From the NCBI RefSeq assembly GCF_000315625.1, contig NW_005434672.1, positions 488,006 through 552,005 of the forward strand: 64,000 nt of DNA, given 5' to 3'. Shown here in pieces: positions 37,003 through 48,811 of the stretch. How positions within the stretch are numbered: position 1 is the stretch's first letter; each line of letters starts with the position of its first letter. A program made the translations under genes and the position numbers. The notes beneath the pieces are model-generated. The model had not been told where the DNA came from. It worked only from the letters and a program-made list of their open reading frames with translations, and made no database searches. The stretch is from Guillardia theta CCMP2712. Its lineage: Eukaryota > Protista > Cryptophyta.

Positions 37003-39133
37003 ATGGAAAGAGCTGACGTGAGTCAGTCAGAGCGACCTGGAACAAGAGGGAAGGGCGGGAAGGAAAAGCCCTCGGGCACAGAGCCAAGGCCGAACAGGCT
37101 CTCTAAGAAGAAGAATACGATAGGAATTGCACAAGTAGATGAAGAAGCGAAAAGTGCGGCAGGCAGAGAGCGGGGACTGAGGTGGAGGCCTCTGCTGGTG
37201 GGGGGGGACAACCTCTACAGGTTGGATGAGAGCTGCGTGGGGCGAACGTGGGAGCACGATCAGATCATCGTTGCTGAGGTGACCAAGTTGCTGTGGCTGA
37301 GTCTGGAGCCCGTTCAGAAGGAGCTTGACACCAGCTACATCCTGAAGCACGAGTTCCAGCAGCTGGGACAATGCCTGGTGGCCGTGGTGAAGAACGTGCC
37401 GCTGGAGGAAGCGCAGAGGGAGGTGGACCAGCACTTCAAGGAGGTGATTCCCAGCTTCCTCCTCGTGTCGCAGAAGATGGACTTCCTTATGTTCACGGAG
37501 GCACTTTCCAACTTGGCGAGCCGTTATGTCCCCGATGAAGTAGCGGAGGGACAGGCTATGTGGATCGCTAAGGTTGGGAGAGGAGGCACCGAAGGGCTGC
37601 TGACGCCTTCCTTGCAGGTGGGCAACCGGATCATGAGGAAGGAGGAGAAGGAGGAGGAGGAGGAGGAGGAGGAGCGCGTCAACGTCTTTGATCTCATGCG
37701 GACATGGACGAGCAAGCACAGGTCAAGCAAGCAGGTTGACTACGGGGCCTCAATCGACATCTGCAAGATGTTCGACGAGGCCGCTGAGCTTGCCCACCAT
37801 GTCGGAAGGTACTCGCTGAAGGCGTTCTCGGAAATTGAGGCCGACCCTCAGTTCTTGAGGTACCAGGACGACTGCATGTTTGGGGAGGAGCCCGGGTACT
37901 TCACGAGGTTCGACAGGGAGCATGATGACGAGTGGAGGTCGACGACTCTCGCGCGGTGGAAGCCTGGAGTTTGCATCGTGGAGGAAGAAGACGGCTCGCT
38001 CTCCGTGAAGCCCAGGAAAGGGAGGAAGAGAGTAGGACCCAACGGAGAGTTGCTTGATGACAGTGATGAGTCTGAGAGAGGGGAGGAGGAGGCGAAGATG
38101 CTCATGCTGAAGAGGTCAAAGTCGTTTCGTCGTCGACCTCTGATCAAGATGCCCTCCATTCGGCCCACCACAGCCTACTGGGTCTGCCACTTCACCCGAA
38201 AGGTGTTCCAAAAGAATCAGTTCTACTCTGCCTGCTCCCCCGGCTCCCCGGCCCGCAGTGAAAGGAACAGCTCCTCCTCCAGCTCTCTAGGAAGGAGGCG
38301 GAGCAGCAGGAAGGAGTCGGTGGTTTCGAGGGACTCCTCCTCTCACTTCCTCTACTTGGACGGCAAGGACAGCCTCGAAGTCGACAAGTTCAGCGCTGCT
38401 CTCTCCCGCTCCAGCTCGCACAACCGCGGGCATCGAGGGTCAGTATCGTCCTCGGGCCCGGATCGGGAGCAGGAGGAGGAGATTGTGTCGGCGTCAGCAC
38501 AAGAGGAGCTGCTGCAAGACTACGAGGAGGCGTACAAGCAGGACCTGCACAACCTGTTCTCTCCTACTTCCATCGATCAACCGAAGCCTGAGGCCGATGC
38601 CGGGGAGGCAGAGGAAAGTGCGATGAAGCAGGAGACGCCGGAGGAGGAGATGAGGAAGGAAAAGATGCCGGAGGAAGAGACGAGGAGAGCCAGGAAGGGT
38701 AGTGCGCCTCTTGTACGCGAGTTGCTTCGCCCGACTCGGGTGATGTTTGACACGTCGCAGCGCGAGAGCGCACGAGGATGCAGAGTTACGTGGCGAGTTG
38801 CCGGCACAAGAGGGGAGCAGAGGAGAGACCCGCTGCGACCGAGAACCAGAAGCGTCGTGATGGCAAGAAGCATGAGCAAGAAGGAAGGAGAGTCCGTTGA
38901 CGACCTCATCACCCTGTACGCTCAGCTCAAGAAGGATGAAGAAGCCCGTCAGCGTCGAGGCCTCGTGGCGTCTGGTACATGTAAAACTTCCGAGGATGGA
39001 GGGAGCATGTAGTGTATGTACAGTAGCGAGAGTTCAGAGCTCAACTCTGACCTTCCTCGCATCGGAAAGCTTCTTCCTCCTCTCCTCCTCTGCTCTTGAT
39101 ACCCCAGCAGATGCCTCCTGCCAACTCGCTCTA
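37003..39133 (+). CDS. Hypothetical protein (>650 aa), largely low-complexity; possible degenerate EF-hand-like region near aa 110-175
   Basis: 669-aa ORF 37003-39012 with coding-like composition. Both termini are uncertain. Confidence 0.6.
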
Positions 39134-39146
39134 AGATCCTCATCCC

Positions 39147-41847
39147 TCAGCTGAGGATCGCGGTGGACGTGGAGCAGAGCCAGCCGCTTCCTGACCTCCC
39201 TGCACAACCTGCGGACCCCTCAGCTCCGCCCGGTCCCTCCCCGCCTCCTGACCTGCACCGCACAGACGAGCCTTCGATCGACCTCATCGTTCTCCTCCAC
39301 TCCACCCAGCCGGGCATGGAGGAGTTGTAGATCCACTCGCGCATCCCCTCTCGCATCTCCTCACTCTGATCAACCTGCGCTCTTGTCACGGGGAGGGAAG
39401 AGGCGGCAGGCGGCAGACCTCGAGGATCGCGTCTGCGAGCTCCTGCGCTGAGGAGAAGTCTTGCACGAAGATGGAGCTGTTGGGAGGCGCAAACTGGCGA
39501 ACGTGCGAGCCGGCGGAGACGACAGGGATGGAGCCCTGGGAGAGAGATGAGAGGAAGAGAAGAGAGGATGGCAAACTGACGGCTCGGAGACAATCAAAGA
39601 GCTTTTCTGTGACGTAGTCTTGGTCGAGGCTGTTTTCAAAGGCAAGGCAAAAGCTGGGAGGAAGAACAAAGTACGAGATGGCGGGAGAAAGAGAGCAAGT
39701 CGAGGTCAAGGGAATGAGGATGGAGAGATAAAGAGAGGAAGAACCAGATAGGATGAGAAAGAATTCAAGCCAGTCAAGGCAGGAAGAGAAAGGGACTAGT
39801 CAGAGTTGGAAAGGCAGGTGAAGTATGGGGAGGATGGGAGGAAGAAGGAGGAGGAGGACAAAGAGGAAGGAGGAGGTGGAGGAAGAGGAGGAGGAGAGGG
39901 CTGCGTGGAGAAGCAAAAAGTCGAGATGACGTACCGTGAGTTGCTACTCACATGCCGCTTGTCCCTGTAATGATCCTTCGGCCACTCAGCGTTGTTGGCG
40001 CACTGGCCATATGACCGCAGCTCAATGAGGCCCGAGAGCTCCTCCACGAGCCTCCTCCTCTGCTCCCTCCGATCCCCGGCGTCGCTTCGGTTGCCGCAGC
40101 GGAGGACGACGGCAGACATCAGGACGGGGCGGAGGAGGAGGGGAGGAGATCGCCTGGCGTCAGCCAGCAGGCTCTCCACATCGTCGAGGTAGCCGTAGGA
40201 GACGTGAGGGACGGCAGGGTCAAGGCCTCCGGCCCTCCTGTAGTCGATGAACAAGTCGTACTTGCCCGCTGCCCTCCGGGGGAACTTGGAAAGAGCCTCG
40301 CGGAACACAACAGCGTTCAGGGGCCCCGCGCCCTCCTCCTCGGACCCTGCTGCCTCCCCCTTCCGGCGTCCCTGCCCCCCCTCCTGCCCCCCCCTCCTCT
40401 CAATCCTCCTCCCCCCGACATCCTTGCGGTAGACCTCAGCGTCCCCCAGGTAGACCACAACGTGCGCGTCGCTGGTCGCCCGGGGAGCCAGGAAGACGCA
40501 CGGGACATCGCACGCCTGCGGGCCGAGCACGGAGAGATGAGGATGATACATCTCGACGTCATCGGCAAACCCCACCCTCACCACCTCCGACAGGTTCGCT
40601 GCCCGAGCAGCCGCCCTGCTCCTTACATGCGCAACCCAGTCCTCCCTCGCTCTTCTTCCCTCGCGCAGGAGAGCCTCCTCTGCTGATCGCTGAGTTCGCT
40701 CTCCTCCTCCGGGGAAGAGGTTCTCCCAGAACTTGGGAGGATGGGCCCTGCCCCTGCCCCTCCGCGCCTCTCTGGCGGAATGAAGCCATGGAGCACAATC
40801 TTTCACCTCCCGCGGGTTCCCGAGAGACGAGGAGCAAGCGATTCTCCCCTCCACGTCAGATCGCAGAGTGCCAGGGGGACAGAAGAACTCATCAGCCTCG
40901 AGAGGAGCAGCAGGAGCAGAAGGCGAGGTCGTGGCGTTGAGCGAGGACTCACGCTCGGAGGCTGAGAGAGCAAGCATGGCCTGCAGCAGGTCCTGATCTT
41001 GAAACAGGAGGGGCCTCCCGCCCTCGAGGAGGATCGACAGGGCCCAGGGCTCGCAGAACCTTCCCTTGTGAAACTTGCGGTCGTCATGCAGGTGAACCTT
41101 CATCGACCTCGACAGCTGGTCCACTGACAGGGCGGTCGCGATGTCCTCGAGGTGTACCGACCTCGCCATCTCCTCCTCCCCACCCTCCTCCAGCAGCTTC
41201 TTGTTCATCCCAACGATCCTCCTCGCCAGCGGCAGCGTCAGTGCATAGGTTGGCCCGGACGCGTATGCCGGGTAGACATCCGCCGCATGCTGCCTCTTGC
41301 TTACCGCCCACTTGCCGTTGCGATGCACCTTAGCTCCTCTCACGATCCATCCTGCGTAGACTCTTGACCGGGGCGGGTACATGGACGCGACGGCCTGCAG
41401 GTGGAGGAGGAGCGAGTTGGCCCGGATGAAGACGTCGTCGTCCGTCTTGACGATCCATGGGACCGACACATTGAGGGAGAAGAAGCTCAGCATGGCGAGG
41501 GTCTGCAGGGGGAGCGACGAGTAGCTCTCCTGGCATGGGACGAGCACGATGTCCCGATGCTCCTCCATCTCTCGCAGTAGCCTCTTCCTCCTCTTCTCCT
41601 TCGATGGGGTGGCGATGAAGAACCGGGCGACCATCGCTCCCCTCGTCACCCCCTCCAGTTGGAACCAAGATTGGCGGATAGCCTCCCTCCTCCTTCTGTG
41701 GGAGCTCTTGCTAAGGATCCCTATCCCCACCTGAGCTCGTTGAGCTCCTCCGCCCTTCTCATGCTCGTCGCTGCTTCCTGCACAACCCACCTGGCCATGC
41801 ACAGACAGAGCGGCAAAGAGGAGCCCGAGGAAGAGCAGGCGAGCCAT
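39147..41847 (-). CDS. Bifunctional glycosyltransferase: N-terminal GT31 beta-1,3-galactosyltransferase + C-terminal GT10 alpha-1,3/4-fucosyltransferase
   Basis: GT31: RREAIRQSW, DIVLV...ESYSSLPLQT, KTDDDVF, YPAYASGPTYAL, HLEDIA. GT10: CDVPC, SAVVLRC, RRRLVEELS, SYGQC, FCLAFENSLDQDYVTEKLFDCL, GSIPVV, SIFVQDFSSAQELA. There is an N-terminal hydrophobic signal/anchor. Confidence 0.88.
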
Positions 41848-42504
41848 GCGCAGCGATGCTCCTTCACCTCTCCCCACAGCTTTCCTCCTCTACTGCTCCC
41901 TCTCTCGAGTCATGGCAGGCAGGGTCAGGCAGGTTGTGAGGAGCGAGGCGAGCAGGGCAGCCATGCAAGGAAAGGGGATGTACAGAGGTATTTTTTTTCT
42001 AATGAAAACTTTTGCCGGGAGCTAGGGGGACCGAGGGAGGACGATGGGGAGGAGACGGGAGAAGGGAGGAGGAGACGAGCAAGGGAGGAGATGAAGACAA
42101 CCATGTCTGCGATCGCAAGCATGCCTCATAGAACGGACGTGAATGGCTGCAGAGGAGTGGACGGAGAGGACAAGGGAGCGAGGGGCTAGTGACGACCTCG
42201 TGGGAGAGATGCCTCGGAGGTTTTCATGCAGGTCGAGGACGAGGAAGGGAGGCTGGAGGAAGTGCATTCTACGTTTATCTGTGCTTCATTTTTAATCTTA
42301 ACATCCTTGGATCTCATCTCCTCTGGCTCGATTCGAATGTTCCCTACCCCTCCTCCCCCTCCAACAGCCGAACATTAACATCGCTGCCTTCCTCCAAGTC
42401 CCCCTCCCCCTTCCTTCCCCCTTCCCACCCCAGTTTTCCTTTCCTCCTCCTTTCTACTTCCTACAGCCCCCAACCCTCCCCCCCCGGCAGCTTCAAACTC
42501 CATC

Positions 42505-43800
42505 CTAGACGTCTTGAACCTGGAAGAAGAGAGCGGTGAACCTGCAGCTTGTCATTCACCAGGCGAGCGCGAGCGCGAGCACTGACCAGATGCCGAGGTT
42601 GAACATGGTGGTGACGATAGCATCCCCTACGAAGAATGCAGGAAGGGCGACGTTGGCCATGAGCACATTGGCGAGCATGAAGCCCAGACCGCCGCCCAGC
42701 ATGCACAGCACAACAGTCTGCAGCGAGTCAGTATGCGTCGTTGTGGGCGGATTGAGGCAGCCACCTTGCCAAGAGCTCCATAATTCGCCGGCCTCATCTC
42801 ACCAGGGTTGCCCGCGTCGTCCCTGCGGATCTGCGTGGGGGTCAACAGGCAAGACGGCATTGGGGCAACGCGAGGTTTCACCTCAGGGGTTCCACGGTTG
42901 TACAAGAATCCCATGCCCTGACGGACAGTCAGATCGCCTGCTCGTCCTCAGGGTTCCAATCGCCTCCTCACTCACCGAAAGGAATCCAAAGCCCATGGTG
43001 GTAGAAGCAAGCTGAGGAGCGGCGATGCCTGGCAGAGCATTAGACGCTGTCAGCGCTGGCAGAGGAGAGGTCACCGGCAAGGATGAAGACACCCATGAGG
43101 GCAGACACTTGGATGGCATACTTCTTCTCTGGCATTTTCACCAAGTTCTTCAACCAAGAGACTTTGGTCCACCAGGGCTCCTTCTTCACAATGAGTTTGG
43201 CCTCGAAGGGCGAGTCCTTGACTTTGCTCTTCAAGGCTCCACTCATGCGCGCCTTGAGGCGATCATCGAAGATGGCTTCCTTCATCATCTCAAGCTTGAT
43301 AAGGTACTTGTCGTTGCCTTCGTTCTCAGCACAGAGCTCTTTGTAAGCAGCCTCGACCTCCTCATAAGGGGCGTCTTCAGTTACACCGAACACACGATAA
43401 GGGTTCTCATTCCCCCAAGGCTTCTTCTGTGCCTGATCGTCTTTCTTGCCCTTTCCAAAAGGGAATGAAATCATCTGTACCTTGGTCACGGACGCTCTGC
43501 TACCAGGTCACTCCCACAAAATCCTAGGCAAATCCGTCCAACCTGAGGGGGCGAGCAGAGCAGGTTGAAGGGAGAGCCCTTGACTGGAGTCCACCTACGC
43601 ATCGGAGTCACGAAAAGGTGACTACGCGATAGAAACATGAATGCGAGAAGACAACAAATTGAAACGCGACCATGTTGCAAGGAACTGAAGCTTCTGCTCA
43701 TATAATGGAGGCCGAGGTACTTACAGGGCGCGGAGGGTTGCAGCGCAGGGGCGAACGCAGCTGAGACCGCCAAGGCGGAAGCGAAGATGATGGAGCGCAT
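42505..43800 (-). CDS. CPP1-like (chaperone-like protein of POR1, DUF3353) plastid membrane protein
   Basis: SAAFAP presequence; NPYRVFGVTEDAPYEEVEAAY...AIFDDRLKARMSG J-like domain; GFLYNRG and C-terminal TM helices. Confidence 0.8.
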
Positions 43801-44462
43801 GACTGGCGGTGGGAGGGGACAGGAGTGTACAAGCTCAGAGGAGACGAGGCGAGATGACGAGCAGGGACGGGAAGCTGTCCTAGCGGAACGAAGGAGGATG
43901 GATAGGAAGACTCTCTTTTTCAACCAGGGGTACTCAGGCTTCAATGGAATGAAGTGATTGAAATATGTATGGGCAGTTTTCAAATTTAGCCATACATTTA
44001 TTGTATGTTTCTGAACAATCTTCAACCAAGAACCACATTCAAAAATTTCAGTAACTTGTACTATGTGCTGAAAACGTGGGTGGCCGTACGATCCTCCCTG
44101 GTGGGTCATCACCCCTACCCCCCAAGTCAATATTCTCTGTTTCAACTGGAGCCATCACGGGTTGTCGCAAATTTGTACGCTGGCAACGAGTGGGTAGGGG
44201 TGGTTTCACATGCGTCTGATGGAGCTATGGAGCACCCGTCGCTCAGCGCCAGTCCGGTAGCCACCGCCGGGCGGGCCCCGGGCAAGGTTTCCCTGAGGTG
44301 AGCCTGCCAGCGATTGCGCAGCATGGGGGTGTGCCGTCGCAATGGTGGGGAGGGGGGACGAGGAGCGACCGAGGAAGTGACTTGATCTCCTTGCTCCCCT
44401 ACTGCCTATCTCTTGAGAGTGCATCTCGAGCAGAGCTCATCTGCCTACACTGCTACAGGGCC

Positions 44463-45521
44463 ATGCTGCCCAAGTTCCTGAGTTCTAAGGGGCTGAGAAG
44501 GGGGGCTGCAATTTTGCAGCCTTACAAGGAGTACTTGAACATTTTCTCCTTCATCAGCTGCCTGCAGGCGACCCTGCTTCTGAGTGAATATGTTTATGCC
44601 GAACATGTTGGGAGCGTCCTGTTGAAGGCGCATTCCTTCCATGTTGCCATCGAATTCATCGAAGGAGCATCAAGGATATTGTCATCCTTCTATCAGCGGA
44701 AGCCGGCAGACACGGTCTTCACGTACGGGTATGGCCGATTCCCGATCCTCCTGGAATATTGCTGTGCTACCGTGATCGTCATGCTGTGCTCAACCCTTGC
44801 GATCGACGCGTTGGTGCGGTTGAAATATACGACACCTGCACGAGACAACGCCCCTTGTGATTTCGAACAGAATCACCTTCACACCACTGATCTTACTGTG
44901 CCGTCCTGCCTGTTTGCCACTTTCTTCCTTGCTATCGTCACTATGGCACACAGGGCAAAACAGTTTTCAAACCGTTACAACTATGTGTATCAAACCAACA
45001 CGGACACTGGTTCCAAGTCGCTGCTCGCAGTGTTGGGAAGGAGGCGCTTGATCTTGAACTTTCTCACATCCTTGATGATTGTTGCTTCATCGTTCATGCT
45101 GAGATGGACCAAGCTGAATGCTGTGGACTCGATTGCTGGATTTTTCCTAATCCTCATGGTCATCCCAGCATTGCATCAGATTGTCACCCGCACTTGTCCC
45201 ATCTTGCTTCAAAAAGCCCCAGCTGGACCGAGAGCAGCCTTCGACAAGGCCACGAGGGAGATAGCTACGTTCGAAGAAGTCGTCGAGTGCTCTAGCGAGC
45301 ATTTCTGGGTGCAATCGCCCGGAGTCAGTGTGGGGACTGTCGCTGTCCGACTTCGCAGTCAGGTCGACACACAAGAAATCTTGAACCGGATTCGCAACCG
45401 ATTTGCAGGGGCCGTGACAGAACTTACTGTGCAGATTGAGACGGCAGACTCGTTCGGCTCAGCCCCGCGAGTTTACACAAACAGGCCTTACGATGATACC
45501 AATCTGACAGCAAGAATTTAG
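44463..45521 (+). CDS. Cation diffusion facilitator (ZnT6/Zrg17-like, degenerate metal site), intronless
   Basis: FTYGYGRFPIL, DSIAG, ILLQKAP, EHFW...VGTVAVR, ELTVQIE: CDF TM region plus cytosolic domain. Confidence 0.85.
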   Translation: MLPKFLSSKGLRRGAAILQPYKEYLNIFSFISCLQATLLLSEYVYAEHVGSVLLKAHSFHVAIEFIEGASRILSSFYQRKPADTVFTYGYGRFPILLEYCCATVIVMLCSTLAIDALVRLKYTTPARDNAPCDFEQNHLHTTDLTVPSCLFATFFLAIVTMAHRAKQFSNRYNYVYQTNTDTGSKSLLAVLGRRRLILNFLTSLMIVASSFMLRWTKLNAVDSIAGFFLILMVIPALHQIVTRTCPILLQKAPAGPRAAFDKATREIATFEEVVECSSEHFWVQSPGVSVGTVAVRLRSQVDTQEILNRIRNRFAGAVTELTVQIETADSFGSAPRVYTNRPYDDTNLTARI

Positions 45522-45549
45522 GTGGACTATTTTAAAAAACAATACGATT

Positions 45550-47964
45550 TCAATATGTTTGTAGCTGATACGTTCGGTTCCCTTTCATCAAGAGAACCAT
45601 GTTCAGGTTCAATGTCTCAATGATTTCATCTGCTCTCCTTATTCCTATCTCTAGAGCTATCTTTCGCAATTCTTCAACAGTGAACAAAGTTTTACAGTCT
45701 CGCTCAGCTGTTCTGTGAATAGCTTTCAACATCTTCTGGACCTCCTTGTTCCTGCCCATCCCGCTGGTCCTGCCGAAATCTATTTTTCCAAGATCATCTG
45801 TCAATGTATCCATCTATTTGAAGAAATGTGTTAGAGCTTCTTGAAAGCCAGGTGGTATTACTCACCAAACTTTCTCTCAATAAATTTACAACATCCATAG
45901 CGTGTTCCGCTGAAACCGTTTCTTGCAATTCAAGTTTAGCTCGTGCTTCAGCTAATCTGATCAGAGCTTCCAACTGTCTCGTCGTTATAGGCGTACTGTC
46001 CATTTGATTTTTTCTCTTGCGAAGTTCCAAGTAAAACGATTGAATGACAGACTTTGCACCTTCACTTAACCTTGGTCTGCAGTATTTTCTTGCATAGGCT
46101 ATATATTTTCGAAAAATCACTGGTGGCAATGGATCCCAAACCTCACCCGGTTGAATTTGTAAACGCTGTGACAAAGATGGGGACACTTGCGAGCTGCTAC
46201 TTTCCAAACCATACTTTCTTGGGTTGTTTGAGTTTTCAGTCTTTGGGCCCCGATGCATTGCCATGACATGTTCGGAGAGCATTTGATCTCTTTCCATATC
46301 AGGATTGTCCAACAAGATAAATATCACATCAAATCTTGACATGATTGCCCTACTCATTTTCAGGTTTTCGCAAACCGTTTTCGCCCGATTGTAATGTCCC
46401 CCGATTGGATTGGCAGCTGCAATAACCGCAGATCTTGCAGACAAGCTACAAACAATACCCGCTTTAGCCACAGATATACTCTGTTGCTCCATTGCTTCAA
46501 GGAGAGCTTGTTGTTCTCCTCCCATCTTGTCGAATTCATCGATACAACAAACACCTTGATCCCCTAGTACCAGAGCACCAGCCTCCAGCGAAAAGTCTCC
46601 TGATCCAGAGTCCTTGCCCACTGTCACCGTAAGTCCGGCCGTTGATGTTGTGTTGCCACATACATAAACACCTCGAGGAGCTAGCACTGAAACAGCCTGC
46701 AGCATTTGACTTTTACCAAGGCCTGGTTCACCAACTATCAGAATGTGAGGGTCGCCGCGAACCGCCAATTTGTTCTTTTCTTCGCCGTTTTTCTGGCATC
46801 CACCAAACAAAGCAAGCGCTAGGGCCATCTTCACAACCTCATGCCCATAGATACTTGGGCAAATCGAGTTCACTATCAACTTAAATGTATCCGAGTCGTT
46901 GGCGATTTCCTTCACTGCCTTCAAGTCTTTTGAAGTGAACACGAGTGTGTCACTCTGTAATCAACAATTAGAAGATATCAAACTACACAAATTTTGTGAA
47001 ACCTTATCTCCTGAGGCCTTCTTAGAATTTGAAATCGAGTTTGCCTCAATATACAAAAGGAAGAGGCATTTGTTCTTTCCCCGGTGCCCTCCATCGCCAT
47101 CCGTACTAACAACCTTGACGATTCCAGATATTGCTATTTCATCGCCAGGGATACATTTGTCAACCAAATCATCTGTAAGCTCACACTCTATTGTTCTTGG
47201 CATCCTGCCGTCCTCCCTGCTCTCATCTGTAACGATTTCTTGAAGTCTCACCTTTTGCCAGTCTGTAGTGATGGCAGAGTTTCGATCTGGGATCATCGAC
47301 TTGTTCTTGCAGACGAAACAAGAACCCGGGCAGTCAAACTTCCCATCGCTCATTGCAACACTTTTTTCTCCTCCACATTTTGCACAAAGAAAATTCATCG
47401 ACAGCAATATCGGCTTGATGGTGCTGACACGGATAACTGTTCCGCGCACGCAGACAAATTTTCCGATGCAGTTGGACTTGAGAAACTTCATCGGTGTGAC
47501 TGGTTCGTAGTTTACGAATCGGACTGCGATTTTTCTCGATGGAGCAGGGTACAGATCTTGACTGTCCTCGACTCCTCGTTCACTTACAAAGAGTGCTTCA
47601 AACACTGCCAGTCCCAGCGCGGCAATCGCTTCTTGCGGCCGTTCATTAATGGCCCAAGACAAACCTTCGACAGGGCATTGGAGCAGCTCGTTATATTCAA
47701 ATGAAACCGAGGTCAGGTTGTCGGGATCAATCTACATGTATCCGTCAAAAGATCGGAACATGTGCCGAACCAGCAAAGATCTTGTGCACCTGCTTTAAGA
47801 TTCTTCTTCCAGGGCCGCGGAACCATCTAGACAGACCTTGTATAATCGGAACTAGGTGATGGTCCTGCGCAGATGATTAAAAGCTGAGCTTCCATGCATC
47901 TGAGTCAAACCCTGGAGTAGCTCTCTTGCGGAAGATACAAATCCCATCCTCGGGGCGCTGTCAT
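45550..47964 (-). CDS. MCM8: DNA helicase MCM8
   Basis: N-terminal GWDLYLP, zinc finger CAKCG...CFVC, GRMPRTIECEL, RGDPHILIVGEPGLGKSQ, CCIDEFDKM, GGHYNRAKTV, SRFD, TTRQLEALIRL, LLMKG. Confidence 0.93.
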
Positions 47965-48811
47965 GCTCTGGATGAAATAATACAGTTATCTTCAGAGACA
48001 GCAACTCGAACGACCAAACAGAAAGATCTATATTGTGCTTTGAGCTACATCTACGAATGTACTGAAGTTTCAATGGTTGGTACGATAACCAAGCAACATC
48101 ATCAGATTTGCTGCACAGAAGAAAGAACGCAGTGTTGAATCTTTCTCGTGAGGTTGATATCCATATGCAGACACTTCACTGTCATTGAAATTCTTTCCTT
48201 TTTCAACCTAGGTATCCCTTCCCTCGACCTCACTCCCTCCCTCCCTCCATTTCCCAGTCTGGGGCTCCCTCCATTCCGCACAAGCCATTTGGCGGGAAAT
48301 AGCCTGGTTTGTGGCCTGCCAGGCTCGAAGCCTTGAAGCCGGCCCGGCGGGCTTCGGAAACTTGAAACCTGGCCTGATGGCATAGACGGCGGCCGGGAGC
48401 CCGGCGACCCGAGAGTCCGAGTCCGAGCCGCCGCCGCTGGCCCGGCGACGCCGGGACGCGCGCCGCGCTCAGCTGCCAACGGGACTCATGATCATGCATA
48501 GGCTATCCGGGCCGAGGCGGATCCGATCAGTGCCAGTGATCGGATCATACTATGATCGGATAGCGGTGCCGGCGGGGCGTCCGACTCACAGTCAGTCGCC
48601 GAGTCACTGTCCGACGGTACCGTACAGTCAGTGTGACGCGGCCGCACAGCGGCTGAGTCGGTCACTAGTACCACTGAGCCTCGGAGCCCCGCTCCGGCTG
48701 AGTACGGTAGTGCCTAACAAAGTAAGAGTGTCGGAAATAGTCTCAGTCCTTGATTAAAAATTTAATGAAAATACAAGAAAGACGAATGAATGAATAAACA
48801 TATGTACATCT

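Noticed and set aside
29482-43800. hemE + CPP1-like (+ PSII linker) as a chlorophyll gene cluster; UvrD + MCM8 as a repair cluster
   Set aside because: The genes are separated by many unrelated ones and show no shared orientation or element; chance co-location is sufficient.
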